From an uncultured Gammaproteobacteria bacterium (lineage in GTDB: Bacteria; Patescibacteriota; Microgenomatia; UBA8517), in contig CAZIPM010000002.1 of the NCBI GenBank assembly GCA_964541395.1, forward strand, positions 41,309-105,308: DNA of 64,000 nucleotides, written 5' to 3'. The notes below the pieces were generated by a model, which was not told the DNA's origin, ran no database searches, and saw nothing but the letters and a program-made list of their open reading frames with translations. Made by a program: the position numbers and the translations under genes. Below are positions 16,778 to 26,087 of the stretch, piece after piece; the stretch's first letter is position 1, and the number at the start of each line of letters is the position of its first letter.

Positions 16778-16954
16778 ATGGCATTAGAATTTCAAACACT
16801 AAAAGCTAGAGAAGCATATATGAGAAAGCTAGAGAGTTCAATTGTGCTAGATGCAATTAGACCGATGCTAATTAAGCTCGCCACCGAAGGAGATAAAACA
16901 AAATTAACAACAGAACATCAAAAAGATAAGAATAAAAAGGGAGGTGATGATTAG
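16778..16954 (+). CDS. hypothetical microprotein (58 aa)
   Basis: My own translation MALEFQTLKAREAYMRKLESSIVLDAIRPMLIKLATEGDKTKLTTEHQKDKNKKGGDD; below the ORF-track size cut-off. Confidence 0.3.
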   Translation: MALEFQTLKAREAYMRKLESSIVLDAIRPMLIKLATEGDKTKLTTEHQKDKNKKGGDD

Positions 16955-17148
16955 TGGCAGAAAGAGTTACAATAATAGGAGCTGGATTAGGCTCAATGAC
17001 TGATATTTATCAGTCCGGTGATGAAGATGAGGCACTACTGCTTACTAGTACTAAGGAAAGAGCTATGGAAAAAGTTGCAATACAAGTTTCCCAATTACCA
17101 CGAGAGGGAACAGATCGATATCAGGTTGATGCATTGGTAACAGATTGA
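16954..17148 (+). CDS. hypothetical small protein (64 aa; GTG start overlapping the previous stop; IIGAGLGS Rossmann-like N-terminus)
   Basis: Strong SD GGGAGGTGA 5-13 nt upstream; reads MAERVTIIGAGLGSMTD.... Confidence 0.4.
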   Translation: MAERVTIIGAGLGSMTDIYQSGDEDEALLLTSTKERAMEKVAIQVSQLPREGTDRYQVDALVTD

Positions 17149-17168
17149 TAATTTTAGTCTCATAGTAT

Positions 17169-17456
17169 ATGATATCGATTATGGTTGAAGATTCTGGCGT
17201 AACCGATATTAAATTCAAGCCAGATATATATTGTCACGCAAACAGTCCTGAGACATTAGCTAAATTGAAGATTTATGTTGATCCTGAATCTTTACCTAAG
17301 GATTGGGGTCCAGATAGAGCACAAAGATATATGACTGAGATAGGTATTGTTTTAAGGGGTAGACCCTATGAATATGTCGCCACTAAAAATGTGAGTGTAT
17401 TTTTAAAAACATTAAACCAGATTAGATCTAAAAGACGAAGTACTGAGCTTGCTTAA
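17169..17456 (+). CDS. hypothetical protein (95 aa)
   Basis: ORF; GC content above the local average; no recognisable family. Confidence 0.4.
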   Translation: MISIMVEDSGVTDIKFKPDIYCHANSPETLAKLKIYVDPESLPKDWGPDRAQRYMTEIGIVLRGRPYEYVATKNVSVFLKTLNQIRSKRRSTELA

Positions 17457-17468
17457 AAGTTTAGCTAA

Positions 17469-19097
17469 TTATTCGCTTTGATTGCTAGACTTCATATCTC
17501 TAATTTTCAACTGGATACTTTTAATGTTATTCCATTGATTTTCTTCAATGGAAAAGACAATATCAACTGCAGTTGATTTAGAAATAGAAATATTAGGATC
17601 ATGATTAAACCAGATTGCATCTAAAGTTTTGTCACCTTGAGTGAGTTTTAGTTTTAAATGCTTTTCTTCTGCACCGACTGGCTTAGAACTTGGTATTTTT
17701 ACTGACCTACTTGCAAACAAAGCTGGATAGTTTCCCTGTCCATATGGTTCAAACTTTTTTAAATCATCCACTAATTTTTGATTAATACAGTCAAAATCCA
17801 ATTGCATATCAATTCTTAATTTTCTTTGGAGCAACTCTTCTGTGAGAAACTCCTTTGAAATTTCATTAATTTTTTTACTGAATTCTAAAATCCTTGATGT
17901 TTCAATTGAAAATCCTGCAGCCATAGGATGCCCTCCTCCTTCCAATATAATTCCAGTTTTTTTTATCGCTTCTATTATATTAAATCCTGCTATTGATCTT
18001 GCAGATGCTTTTGAAATCTCAACACCTTGGGAGATGACAATCGAAGGTCGGTAAAACTTTTCCGTAATTTTGCCTGATGCCAAACCTATTATTCCCTCAT
18101 GGTATTGTCCTGATAAAACTATTATATTTTCCAATTCCTGTTTTTTGGATTGAGTTAACGCCCTTGTTATTGCATCATCAACAACTCTTTGTCTTTCAAG
18201 ATTTGTGTCTGAAAGAACTTTGGCTAAATCATTTGCCTTCTTATAGTCTCTTGTACAAATCAACCTTAAAGAATCCAGAGCATGGGATAATCTTCCCATG
18301 GCATTAATCCTTGGAGCAAGAATATACCCGATTTCATACACCCCAACATTTAATATGTTGGCGGATCTTATCAAAGCTTTAAGTCCTACCCTTTTGGTTT
18401 TATTTAATTCATGAAGTCCATATTTAACCAACGACCTGTTAATACCCAGCAGAGTCATTTGGTCTGCAACTGTTCCTAGAGCTACAAGATCAAGCCCATC
18501 ATTTCCACCCAATTCACGGGATAAAAACCAGGCAAGAGCAGATCCACAAACAGATGTAGAATGAAAAACTGCAAAGGCTTCATTTTTTTTATCTCCTACC
18601 GTATGGTGATCAACTACAATAACATCAATTCCCAAATCTTTTGCTTTTTTGATTCCTTTATATGCAACAATACCGTTATCTACAGTGATAATCAGATTGG
18701 GTTTTAAGGAATTGAAATTGGGATTTTCAATAGTTTTGGCTTTAAAACCATATCCTTCTTCAAATCTGTCAGGGATATAAGGTAGTGCGTCATAACCTTT
18801 TTTAAAGAGGGTTTCCCAGAGAATAGCTGTTGCACAAACCCCGTCTGCATCATAATCTCCAAAAATAATAATTCTTTCTTTCTTTTCTTTAGCTATTTTT
18901 AATCTGTTAATTATTTTTTTAACTGTTTCAATATTTATTCCCAACTGTTTTAAACTGATATCGTTGGGGTTAATAGGTTCCAAAAAATCTTTTATATCCT
19001 TTTTTGTTTTAAGTCCTCTGTTAATTAAAAGAAGTTTAATGATTTCGTCAGAATCAGTTATCGCTTTTTTAGAATTATGCAGTACTTCCCATTTCAT
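17469..19097 (-). CDS. recJ: single-stranded-DNA-specific exonuclease RecJ
   Basis: DHH motifs FGDYDADGVCA and VVDHH, plus a DHHA1 region. Confidence 0.85.
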   Translation of the reverse strand: MKWEVLHNSKKAITDSDEIIKLLLINRGLKTKKDIKDFLEPINPNDISLKQLGINIETVKKIINRLKIAKEKKERIIIFGDYDADGVCATAILWETLFKKGYDALPYIPDRFEEGYGFKAKTIENPNFNSLKPNLIITVDNGIVAYKGIKKAKDLGIDVIVVDHHTVGDKKNEAFAVFHSTSVCGSALAWFLSRELGGNDGLDLVALGTVADQMTLLGINRSLVKYGLHELNKTKRVGLKALIRSANILNVGVYEIGYILAPRINAMGRLSHALDSLRLICTRDYKKANDLAKVLSDTNLERQRVVDDAITRALTQSKKQELENIIVLSGQYHEGIIGLASGKITEKFYRPSIVISQGVEISKASARSIAGFNIIEAIKKTGIILEGGGHPMAAGFSIETSRILEFSKKINEISKEFLTEELLQRKLRIDMQLDFDCINQKLVDDLKKFEPYGQGNYPALFASRSVKIPSSKPVGAEEKHLKLKLTQGDKTLDAIWFNHDPNISISKSTAVDIVFSIEENQWNNIKSIQLKIRDMKSSNQSE

Positions 19098-19116
19098 GCT
19101 GGTATAATGGTAGCAT

Positions 19117-20466
19117 ATGATCTTTAAACTTCCAGCTGAGGTACAGGAGATTCTTGTAAATTTTCAAAAGTCGGGTTTTGAAATTTATATAGTTGGCGGA
19201 GCAGTCCGTGACATGATCATGGGTAAAGATGTAACCGATTGGGATTTTACTACTAATGCCTCGCCTGAAGACATTTTAAGGATTATTCCAGACGGTTTTT
19301 ACGACAACAAATTCGGGACGGTTGGGTTGGTAATAGAAGGCACGGAAGAACCATTTGAGATTACTACTTACAGGACAGAATATGGTTATTCGGACAATAG
19401 ACGTCCAGATAAAGTTGAGTGGGGTAAGACTCTGGAAGAGGATTTACAAAGACGTGACTTTACAATCAACGCTTTAGCATATGACGGCAAAAAGATAATT
19501 GATTATTACGGTGGTCAGGAGGATATTAAAAACAAAGTCTTAAAAGCAGTAGGGAATCCAACTGAACGTTTTCAGGAAGATGCTCTCAGAATGATGCGTG
19601 CGGTCAGAATAGCGGGGGAATTAATTTTTAAAATAGAAGAAGAAACTTTTGAAGCGATTAAAACCAATGTTTCTTTAATCGGTAAAATCGCTAAAGAAAG
19701 AGTCAAAGATGAATTATTCAAAATTTTAAGAAGCAATAATCCCTACGAAGGATTGCTTCACCTAAAAGAGACAGGTTTAATGCAGGAGATACTACCGGAA
19801 CTATCAAAATGTTTTGGGGTAGAACAAAAATCTCCACAAAGACATCATGTTTACGATGTTGGTACACATTTACTCATGGCTTTGAAGGAATGTAAATCAA
19901 CAGATCCCGTTACCCGTTTTGCTACCCTTATTCATGACATAGGTAAACCACAAACCTACAGAAAATTGGGGACTGGAGTTATCACTTTCTATAACCATGA
20001 AATGGTTTCAACCAAAATTGCCATAAATATAGCAGACAGACTTAAATTATCGACAAAAGAAAAAGACAAACTAATTAAACTGGTAAGATTTCATCAGTTT
20101 ACAGTTGATGAGCATCAAACAGATTCAGCCGTCAGAAGATTTATTACAAATGTCGGACTGGAATATGTAGAAGATATGTTAGCCCTTCGAGTTGCGGACA
20201 GATTGGGTGGAGGAGCTACAGAAACATCCTGGCGGTTGGAAGAATTCAAAAAAAGACTTTTAGAAGTGCAAAAACAACCTTTCTTAATTAAAGATTTAAA
20301 AATAAACGGAAATGATGTAATGAGGGTTCTAAAATTAAAACCCGGACCAAAAGTAGGGGAGATTTTAGAAAAGTTATTTAACGAAGTTGTGGAAAACAAC
20401 ATACCCAATGAAAGAGAAGTTCTATTAAAAAACATTAAAACGATTGAACAGAAACTGAAACAATAA
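19117..20466 (+). CDS. cca: CCA-adding tRNA nucleotidyltransferase with HD domain
   Basis: GGAVRD, DWDFTT and RDFTINALA motifs, and the HD motif LIHDIGK. Confidence 0.85.
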   Translation: MIFKLPAEVQEILVNFQKSGFEIYIVGGAVRDMIMGKDVTDWDFTTNASPEDILRIIPDGFYDNKFGTVGLVIEGTEEPFEITTYRTEYGYSDNRRPDKVEWGKTLEEDLQRRDFTINALAYDGKKIIDYYGGQEDIKNKVLKAVGNPTERFQEDALRMMRAVRIAGELIFKIEEETFEAIKTNVSLIGKIAKERVKDELFKILRSNNPYEGLLHLKETGLMQEILPELSKCFGVEQKSPQRHHVYDVGTHLLMALKECKSTDPVTRFATLIHDIGKPQTYRKLGTGVITFYNHEMVSTKIAINIADRLKLSTKEKDKLIKLVRFHQFTVDEHQTDSAVRRFITNVGLEYVEDMLALRVADRLGGGATETSWRLEEFKKRLLEVQKQPFLIKDLKINGNDVMRVLKLKPGPKVGEILEKLFNEVVENNIPNEREVLLKNIKTIEQKLKQ

Positions 20467-20704
20467 CACCATTCTGATAAGTACTTGAACTAGGCAGGAG
20501 AACCTGACCTTCAGACACGGTTACGTTGGCAAATCTTACTCCTGGTGACCCAGTATCTGTTAAGTCTACTGCATACATTTCATCTTTTTTAATGCGGGTT
20601 ACTCTCAATCTCCTGGTGGTTATATCTTTTCCTCTTCCAACAGATTCACTAAATACATCACCAATTCCAAGAACTAATAGCAGTGGTCCAGTATTTTGTT
20701 CCAT
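20435..20704 (-). CDS. hypothetical small protein (89 aa) downstream of secF; the 3' end overlaps cca; uncertain
   Basis: ORF in the secDF orientation; an opposite-strand ORF (20526-20822) covers the same locus, so the coding strand is ambiguous. Confidence 0.3.
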   Translation of the reverse strand: MEQNTGPLLLVLGIGDVFSESVGRGKDITTRRLRVTRIKKDEMYAVDLTDTGSPGVRFANVTVSEGQVLLPSSSTYQNGVIVSVSVQSF

Positions 20705-20740
20705 ATTAATAATCCTATTATACCCTATATTAAAAAGGGG

Positions 20741-21535
20741 TCAATATTTAGATTTTTTAAATTTCTTTTCCAACCTTTCCCAAGTAATAAGAAGTGGGAC
20801 TGCGACGAATGGAGATGAATAAGTTCCTGAAATTGTTCCAATCAGAAGTGCAATTGCAAACCACCTAATTGTATCTCCACCCAAAAGTACAAGTGATAAA
20901 AGCATAAAGATAATGGTGAAAGAATTATTGAGTGACCTGTTCATTGTCTCCGTAATAGCTGAATTTACTACATTAATTAGTTCTCCTCCTTCTTTTTTCT
21001 GTTTCTCACGAATCCTGTCAAAAACAACTATTGTGTCATGCACTGAGAACGAAAGAATTGTCAATGCTGCAGTTACAAATAAAAAGTCAATTTCGGCTCC
21101 AAAAAAATGTCCTAAGATAGAAAAGCCTCCGATTAACATCAAGGTATCGTGAAGCATAGCCAGAATTGCCGATACTCCAAATTTAATACTTTTAAACTGT
21201 ATGGTTACCCAAATAAGAATTAAGAGGGCAGAAATTCCCAAAGCATAGACAGTTTTTTTGATAAGCTCAGGACCGATTGAAGGGCCCACAGTTTCAAATT
21301 TTAATTCTTCTCCATCTTTTTTTAGCTCTGCCCTGATTTTTGCAACTTCTTCATCAGACTTGGCCGGATATCTGTAATTTTTAATCTCCCCACTTGGTAA
21401 TTTATACTCAGCCACCACACCTCCTGAAAAATCAATCCCTAAATTCAACTTCCAATTTAATAAACTGTAAATTCCAAAAGACAAAAAAACCATAGATATA
21501 ATTAAATAAATAATCCTGTATTTCATCCAATTCAT
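20741..21535 (-). CDS. secF: protein translocase subunit SecF
   Basis: LGIDFSGGV, six TM helices. Confidence 0.9.
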   Translation of the reverse strand: MNWMKYRIIYLIISMVFLSFGIYSLLNWKLNLGIDFSGGVVAEYKLPSGEIKNYRYPAKSDEEVAKIRAELKKDGEELKFETVGPSIGPELIKKTVYALGISALLILIWVTIQFKSIKFGVSAILAMLHDTLMLIGGFSILGHFFGAEIDFLFVTAALTILSFSVHDTIVVFDRIREKQKKEGGELINVVNSAITETMNRSLNNSFTIIFMLLSLVLLGGDTIRWFAIALLIGTISGTYSSPFVAVPLLITWERLEKKFKKSKY

Positions 21536-21539
21536 ATTT

Positions 21540-22802
21540 TTAAGTTTTTATTCTCCTTTCATTAACTAATAGTCTCATTAAATTCCTGGAAACCACAACT
21601 CCTGTAAAAAGTGAGATACCAATTCCCAGTGCTAGGGTAATTGCAAAGCCTCTGACAGGGCCTGAGGTATGTAAGAAACCCCAGTCTAAAGGATTGGCTA
21701 AAATGAAAGCGGTGACCAAGGTTGCAATATTGGCATCCCTAATTGAATCCCAAGCTCTTCCAAATGCCACTTCCAAAGCGTCCGCAATTGGTCTTTTTTT
21801 GATTTCTTCCTTAAGACGTTCAAATATCAAAATATTGCTATCAACTGCCATGCCAACTGATAGTAAGAATCCTGCAATTCCTGGCAGTGTCAGAACAACT
21901 GGGATAAGTTTATAAACAGCTAAAGTTAAAATACCAAATATCAAAAGGGCGACAACTGCAATTAGACCGTTTTTTCTGTAAACCAAAATCATAAACAGAG
22001 CCACCATTATAATTCCCACAAACCCTGCTTTTATACTTTTTTCAATTGAATCGGCTCCAAGTGTTGCTCCTACACTTCTTTCTTCTACAAGTTTTATGGG
22101 AACAGGAAGCGCTCCTGCATTTAGTTGTATTTCCAAATTTTTTGCTTCATCTAAGGTAAAAGTTCCCGATATTTGGGCTTTCCCACCTACTATTTTTTCT
22201 TGGACTATAGGAGCAGATACCATATTCTGATCCAGCACAATTGCAAGTGGCTGATTAATATTTTTTCCCGTTATTTCTTCAAATTTCTTTGATCCCTCTT
22301 CATTAAATTGAATTGAAACTGAAGGCTTGCCGGTATTTTGATCAAAAACCACATCTGCAGATTTTAAATCTGCACCTGTCAGGTTGGTAGGTACCAATGA
22401 GGCAGAAGGGGTGGCACTACCGTTAGCAGGATCCTGCTTTACCTCTGAAAAAACCAGTTGAGCGGTTTTACCCAATAGAGCAGCTGCTTCTTGAGGGTTA
22501 TTTACTCCGGGAAGTTCGATAATTACCCTGTTTTTCCCTTCAAAAGTAGAGGTTAATACATTTGGTTCAGATACTCCAAAAAGATTGACTCTTCTTTCCA
22601 AAACGTTTCTTAATGAACTAATAGCTTTTTCACGGTCAGAATCATTCAAGTTTGATGTATCTACATCATAAGTAAGTCTGCTTCCACCTGACAGATCAAG
22701 ACCTAATTTAAGTCTGTATTTTGACCACGGAGAACTAATAAAGGCCGCTATGGCGGCCAGTATGAATATAAAAAATATTTTAACTAACAAGTTCTTCTTC
22801 AT
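21540..22802 (-). CDS. secD: protein translocase subunit SecD
   Basis: LGLDLSGG, periplasmic domain, C-terminal TM bundle. Confidence 0.9.
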   Translation of the reverse strand: MKKNLLVKIFFIFILAAIAAFISSPWSKYRLKLGLDLSGGSRLTYDVDTSNLNDSDREKAISSLRNVLERRVNLFGVSEPNVLTSTFEGKNRVIIELPGVNNPQEAAALLGKTAQLVFSEVKQDPANGSATPSASLVPTNLTGADLKSADVVFDQNTGKPSVSIQFNEEGSKKFEEITGKNINQPLAIVLDQNMVSAPIVQEKIVGGKAQISGTFTLDEAKNLEIQLNAGALPVPIKLVEERSVGATLGADSIEKSIKAGFVGIIMVALFMILVYRKNGLIAVVALLIFGILTLAVYKLIPVVLTLPGIAGFLLSVGMAVDSNILIFERLKEEIKKRPIADALEVAFGRAWDSIRDANIATLVTAFILANPLDWGFLHTSGPVRGFAITLALGIGISLFTGVVVSRNLMRLLVNERRIKT

Positions 22803-23364
22803 CGCCTATTATCATTACTCTACTGTCCATAAAAATACTTTGCAGGAAAGGATCCCTTCTTTTCTTCCTGAAGTCAAGCTCTTCACGACTCATAACCGTG
22901 TAGTTTATTTCCCTGCCCATTTTGGATTCTTCGGCTCTGATTATAGCAGCCAATTCCGGCATGACAACCTCTCCTACCACCAAGATGTCAACTCCTTCGT
23001 CATTTCTTCTCTGCTTTCGCCTGACGAACTTACCTGAAAACATGACAAATCCGAGTTTTCCGATTTTGTTTTTATTCTCAATAAAAGTTTTACCCAATCC
23101 GGTTGTTTTGGCGGTTATTTCCAACAAATCTGCATAAAGTGGGTAATCCCGTCTGATAAAATAATAGACTCTGTTACCCCTAGGTTCTTTTTTCAGGATG
23201 CCTGCTTTTTCAAATCTGTCCAATTCACGCCTGACAGCATTGATTTCTTCTTTTACTTCCCTAACAATTCCCCTGACATGATACATCTCGGTTAAATCGG
23301 AAAAAAAGAGATCGAGTATTTTTACCCGTACTTTAGAAGTTATAATGTCACCTAAGTCTGCCAT
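22780..23364 (-). CDS. winged-HTH transcriptional regulator with a C-terminal domain of unknown function
   Basis: ArsR/MarR-like wHTH at the N-terminus (VRVKILDLF...RGIVREV...ELDRFEKAGIL). Confidence 0.45.
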   Translation of the reverse strand: MADLGDIITSKVRVKILDLFFSDLTEMYHVRGIVREVKEEINAVRRELDRFEKAGILKKEPRGNRVYYFIRRDYPLYADLLEITAKTTGLGKTFIENKNKIGKLGFVMFSGKFVRRKQRRNDEGVDILVVGEVVMPELAAIIRAEESKMGREINYTVMSREELDFRKKRRDPFLQSIFMDSRVMIIGDEEELVS

Positions 23365-24579
23365 TTAATAATTGATGTCATTACCTACCGGAACTACTTC
23401 GATCCAGATAGGACCTCTGATAAAAGAGATTTCAGCTCCTTCTTCGTCAAAAAATACTTCACGGGAAGTGGCAGAATCTTTTTCCCAGGTAGCTTTAATT
23501 ATTTGACCGTTCTGAAATACCAAAGCATCTCCTTTACCTACTACTTCATAATACATATGATGCTCACTGTCAACAGGTCCTTTTTCTTTGGCGAACAGTA
23601 TTACCACGTTTTTGGCAACTAAAGGTGTCTTCTCAAATGCCTGATCAACATGAACCACTCCGCCATTTTTTCTGACATATCTGTTAGTTCCTTGGTCATA
23701 TGACCAGATTACGTCATAATCAGCCCAGTTATCCCAAAACCTGAATGATATTTCGGAGGCAGTTGGAGTTTGCGGTTTGTCATCACTAAACTGCCAGACT
23801 TTAAAATCTTCATTCCAGGCCACTCCATCACTGTCTTTAAATTCAAAACCTCTTTTTTTGGCTTCATTATAAACAGCATCGAGGGATGCTACTACCGAAT
23901 GCTCCCAAGCTGCAGGCTCAGACGAGAGTCTGTATTGATCACGTATGACTATAGGTACTCCGATATTGTAACCTCCGTCCATATCATTACCTCTCTGACC
24001 GTTTCTCCAACCCAGTTTGTCCAAAAGACCGTAAGCATCAACTTCTTTGGCTACCTGACTGGTGGACTTTATTCCTCCCGGACAATCTCCACAGAGTCTA
24101 TTGGCTGCACCCTGATGCAAAAAGATGGGGAATGATCCGTATCCTGCTGCCAGGTTAACAAAATAGACTCTGGCACTTCTAATGGGTGCCATTTTGACTT
24201 CTTCGGCAACTCCCGCACAGTAGAAAATTCCCAAAAACCTGGTTATGCCACCTTCCGCAACTGCTTCATAAACAATATCTGCTTTGGAAAGCCCAGACTG
24301 AGGCCTGGCATCTTTGTGGTTTTCTATCACTACTGCCGTCGGTCTTCTGGTATCCCAAATATCCCGTTCTGCTTTTGTAAATTTAGCGCCGTTTATCGGA
24401 CAGATTTCTGTTTTAGGTTTGGATAGATCAATTCTGGATCTTTTGGTCTCAGTTCCTGAAGAACTCCCTGGATCCTTTATAAGATAGGTAAAAGCTGCCA
24501 TGGAAACTCCTGTGGAAACCAAAAAAAGACCCACAAATCCTAAAATGAGTGTTAAGTGTTTATTAAAAAAACTTTTCAT
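23365..24579 (-). CDS. DUF3048 (YerB-like) secreted or lipoprotein
   Basis: Signal/TM N-terminus; ADIVYEAVAEGGITRF motif. Confidence 0.55.
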   Translation of the reverse strand: MKSFFNKHLTLILGFVGLFLVSTGVSMAAFTYLIKDPGSSSGTETKRSRIDLSKPKTEICPINGAKFTKAERDIWDTRRPTAVVIENHKDARPQSGLSKADIVYEAVAEGGITRFLGIFYCAGVAEEVKMAPIRSARVYFVNLAAGYGSFPIFLHQGAANRLCGDCPGGIKSTSQVAKEVDAYGLLDKLGWRNGQRGNDMDGGYNIGVPIVIRDQYRLSSEPAAWEHSVVASLDAVYNEAKKRGFEFKDSDGVAWNEDFKVWQFSDDKPQTPTASEISFRFWDNWADYDVIWSYDQGTNRYVRKNGGVVHVDQAFEKTPLVAKNVVILFAKEKGPVDSEHHMYYEVVGKGDALVFQNGQIIKATWEKDSATSREVFFDEEGAEISFIRGPIWIEVVPVGNDINY

Positions 24580-24613
24580 AATTTTATTTTTCAGTCTGGT
24601 CTAAACGATAAAT

Positions 24614-25063
24614 TTATTTCAAAGCCTGAATAAGTGCCTTGGATTCTTCTTCCGACAATTCCACCAAGCCTTTACCTGCTTTAATTATTTTAGTATACAG
24701 TCTTGTACGTTCTCTTGTATGCAGACTAGTAATAATAATACCATTTTTATTTCCATCCAAAAGCACCAAAGAGAATGAATGATCTCCACCTGATTCGTTA
24801 AAGGGGTTAAATTTAACAAGACCAATTTTTTGAATATGTTTTAAAGCATCATTGGCTAAATTGACAACTTCGGTTTTAACATCTTTCAAATCTTTGGTAT
24901 TTAAGTTTTGGATCTCTTCGATTGTTTTGAAAGTTTTGATAAAATCCCCTTCTTTGCTGTCTTTTAGTAAATTCTTGATTCTCAGGAAGAACCAGTAAGT
25001 AAATCCGGAAAGAAGAAGTAACCAGATGATTGATATTACCCCCAGATTTAAGTTAATATTCAT
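24614..25063 (-). CDS. DUF4446 family membrane-anchored protein
   Basis: N-terminal TM helix; FNPFNESGGDHSFSLVLLD...IITSLHTRERTRLY. Confidence 0.55.
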   Translation of the reverse strand: MNINLNLGVISIIWLLLLSGFTYWFFLRIKNLLKDSKEGDFIKTFKTIEEIQNLNTKDLKDVKTEVVNLANDALKHIQKIGLVKFNPFNESGGDHSFSLVLLDGNKNGIIITSLHTRERTRLYTKIIKAGKGLVELSEEESKALIQALK

Positions 25064-25090
25064 TTGCAGTAATTAGGATAACTTAAATCC

Positions 25091-25321
25091 ATGGCAAAAA
25101 AAAGAACAAGAAAGCAGAAACAGGCAGCTGAGGTCAGGCATGTCAATAGTCAATTTCAAATTAAATTCGAACCAGGTTCAGCCGTACTACCAAAAGTCAA
25201 AAAATCCATAGATACGGCACAAACTCCTGAGACAGCCTCAATTAAAAAAGAACTTTTAAGAAGCTTAACCATAGCTTCACTGATCCTAATTAGCCTTGTA
25301 GTGCTATACTGGTTCTCGTAA
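25091..25321 (+). CDS. hypothetical C-tail-anchored small protein
   Basis: 76 aa; basic N-terminus, C-terminal TM helix. Confidence 0.4.
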   Translation: MAKKRTRKQKQAAEVRHVNSQFQIKFEPGSAVLPKVKKSIDTAQTPETASIKKELLRSLTIASLILISLVVLYWFS

Positions 25322-25343
25322 TGGAAAAGGGGGTGATTTATTT

Positions 25344-25481
25344 ATGATGTACTGCGTAAAGTGTCGCCAGAAGAGAGAAGGTAAAGATGCACAGGCCGTA
25401 ACCATGAAGAATGGTAAGAAAGCAACCAAAGCGGTTTGTGAAGTCTGCGGAACCACAATGTTCAAGATTGGTGGAAACTAA
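25344..25481 (+). CDS. zinc-ribbon microprotein (45 aa, CxxC...CxxC)
   Basis: My own translation MMYCVKCRQKREGKDAQAVTMKNGKKATKAVCEVCGTTMFKIGGN; RBS AAAGGGGGTGA upstream; below the ORF-track cut-off. Confidence 0.4.
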   Translation: MMYCVKCRQKREGKDAQAVTMKNGKKATKAVCEVCGTTMFKIGGN

Positions 25482-25518
25482 TTTTGAAATTGTTTTTTCA
25501 ATCTTCAAGAAGCACTAC

Positions 25519-26061
25519 ATGTTAGTGCCTCTTGAGGTGTTTAAGGATAATCCCTATAAAACACTTATCTCAACACTTCTATCCTCCAGAACCAGGGATG
25601 AAGTTACCCTTGAAGCTTCGAAAAGATTATTTAGAGTAGCCCCCAACTTAAAAGCACTCAGAAAAATTGATGAGAAAACTATTGAGAAGCTTATTTATCC
25701 CGTAGGATTTTCAAAAACAAAAGCAAAATATTTAAAAATGCTTTCTGGTTTAATTGATGGTGTACCTAAAACGAGAGAGGGACTAATGAAGCTACCAGGT
25801 GTTGGTAGAAAAACTGCTAATCTGGTTTTAAACAGAGCTTTTCATATTCCTGCAATTGCAGTTGACACTCATGTCCACAGAATTAGTAATTTACTGGGGT
25901 GGGTAAAAACAAAATCTCCGGAAAAAACTGAAGTTTCACTGATAAAAATTTTACCTAAAATATACTGGCCTGATATCAATAGATTATTTGTAAGTATAGG
26001 ACGTCAATTTAGATCAATAAAAAAACTTAAAGAATTTTTAAAAGCTAATCTATTGATTTGA
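25519..26061 (+). CDS. nth: endonuclease III-like HhH-GPD DNA glycosylase without the C-terminal [4Fe-4S] cysteine motif
   Basis: LPGVGRKTANLVL (catalytic Lys) and VDTHVHR (Asp); no Cys cluster at the C-terminus; start placed at the first in-frame ATG after the zinc-ribbon ORF. Confidence 0.65.
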   Translation: MLVPLEVFKDNPYKTLISTLLSSRTRDEVTLEASKRLFRVAPNLKALRKIDEKTIEKLIYPVGFSKTKAKYLKMLSGLIDGVPKTREGLMKLPGVGRKTANLVLNRAFHIPAIAVDTHVHRISNLLGWVKTKSPEKTEVSLIKILPKIYWPDINRLFVSIGRQFRSIKKLKEFLKANLLI

Positions 26062-26087
26062 TTAATACTCAATGTTAACATCCAAAT

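Noticed and set aside
20490-20560. SRP-RNA-like AGGUCAGGU segment on the minus strand
   Set aside because: Only a short match to the domain IV consensus; no GGAA tetraloop context or apical loop; the region is also open for translation.
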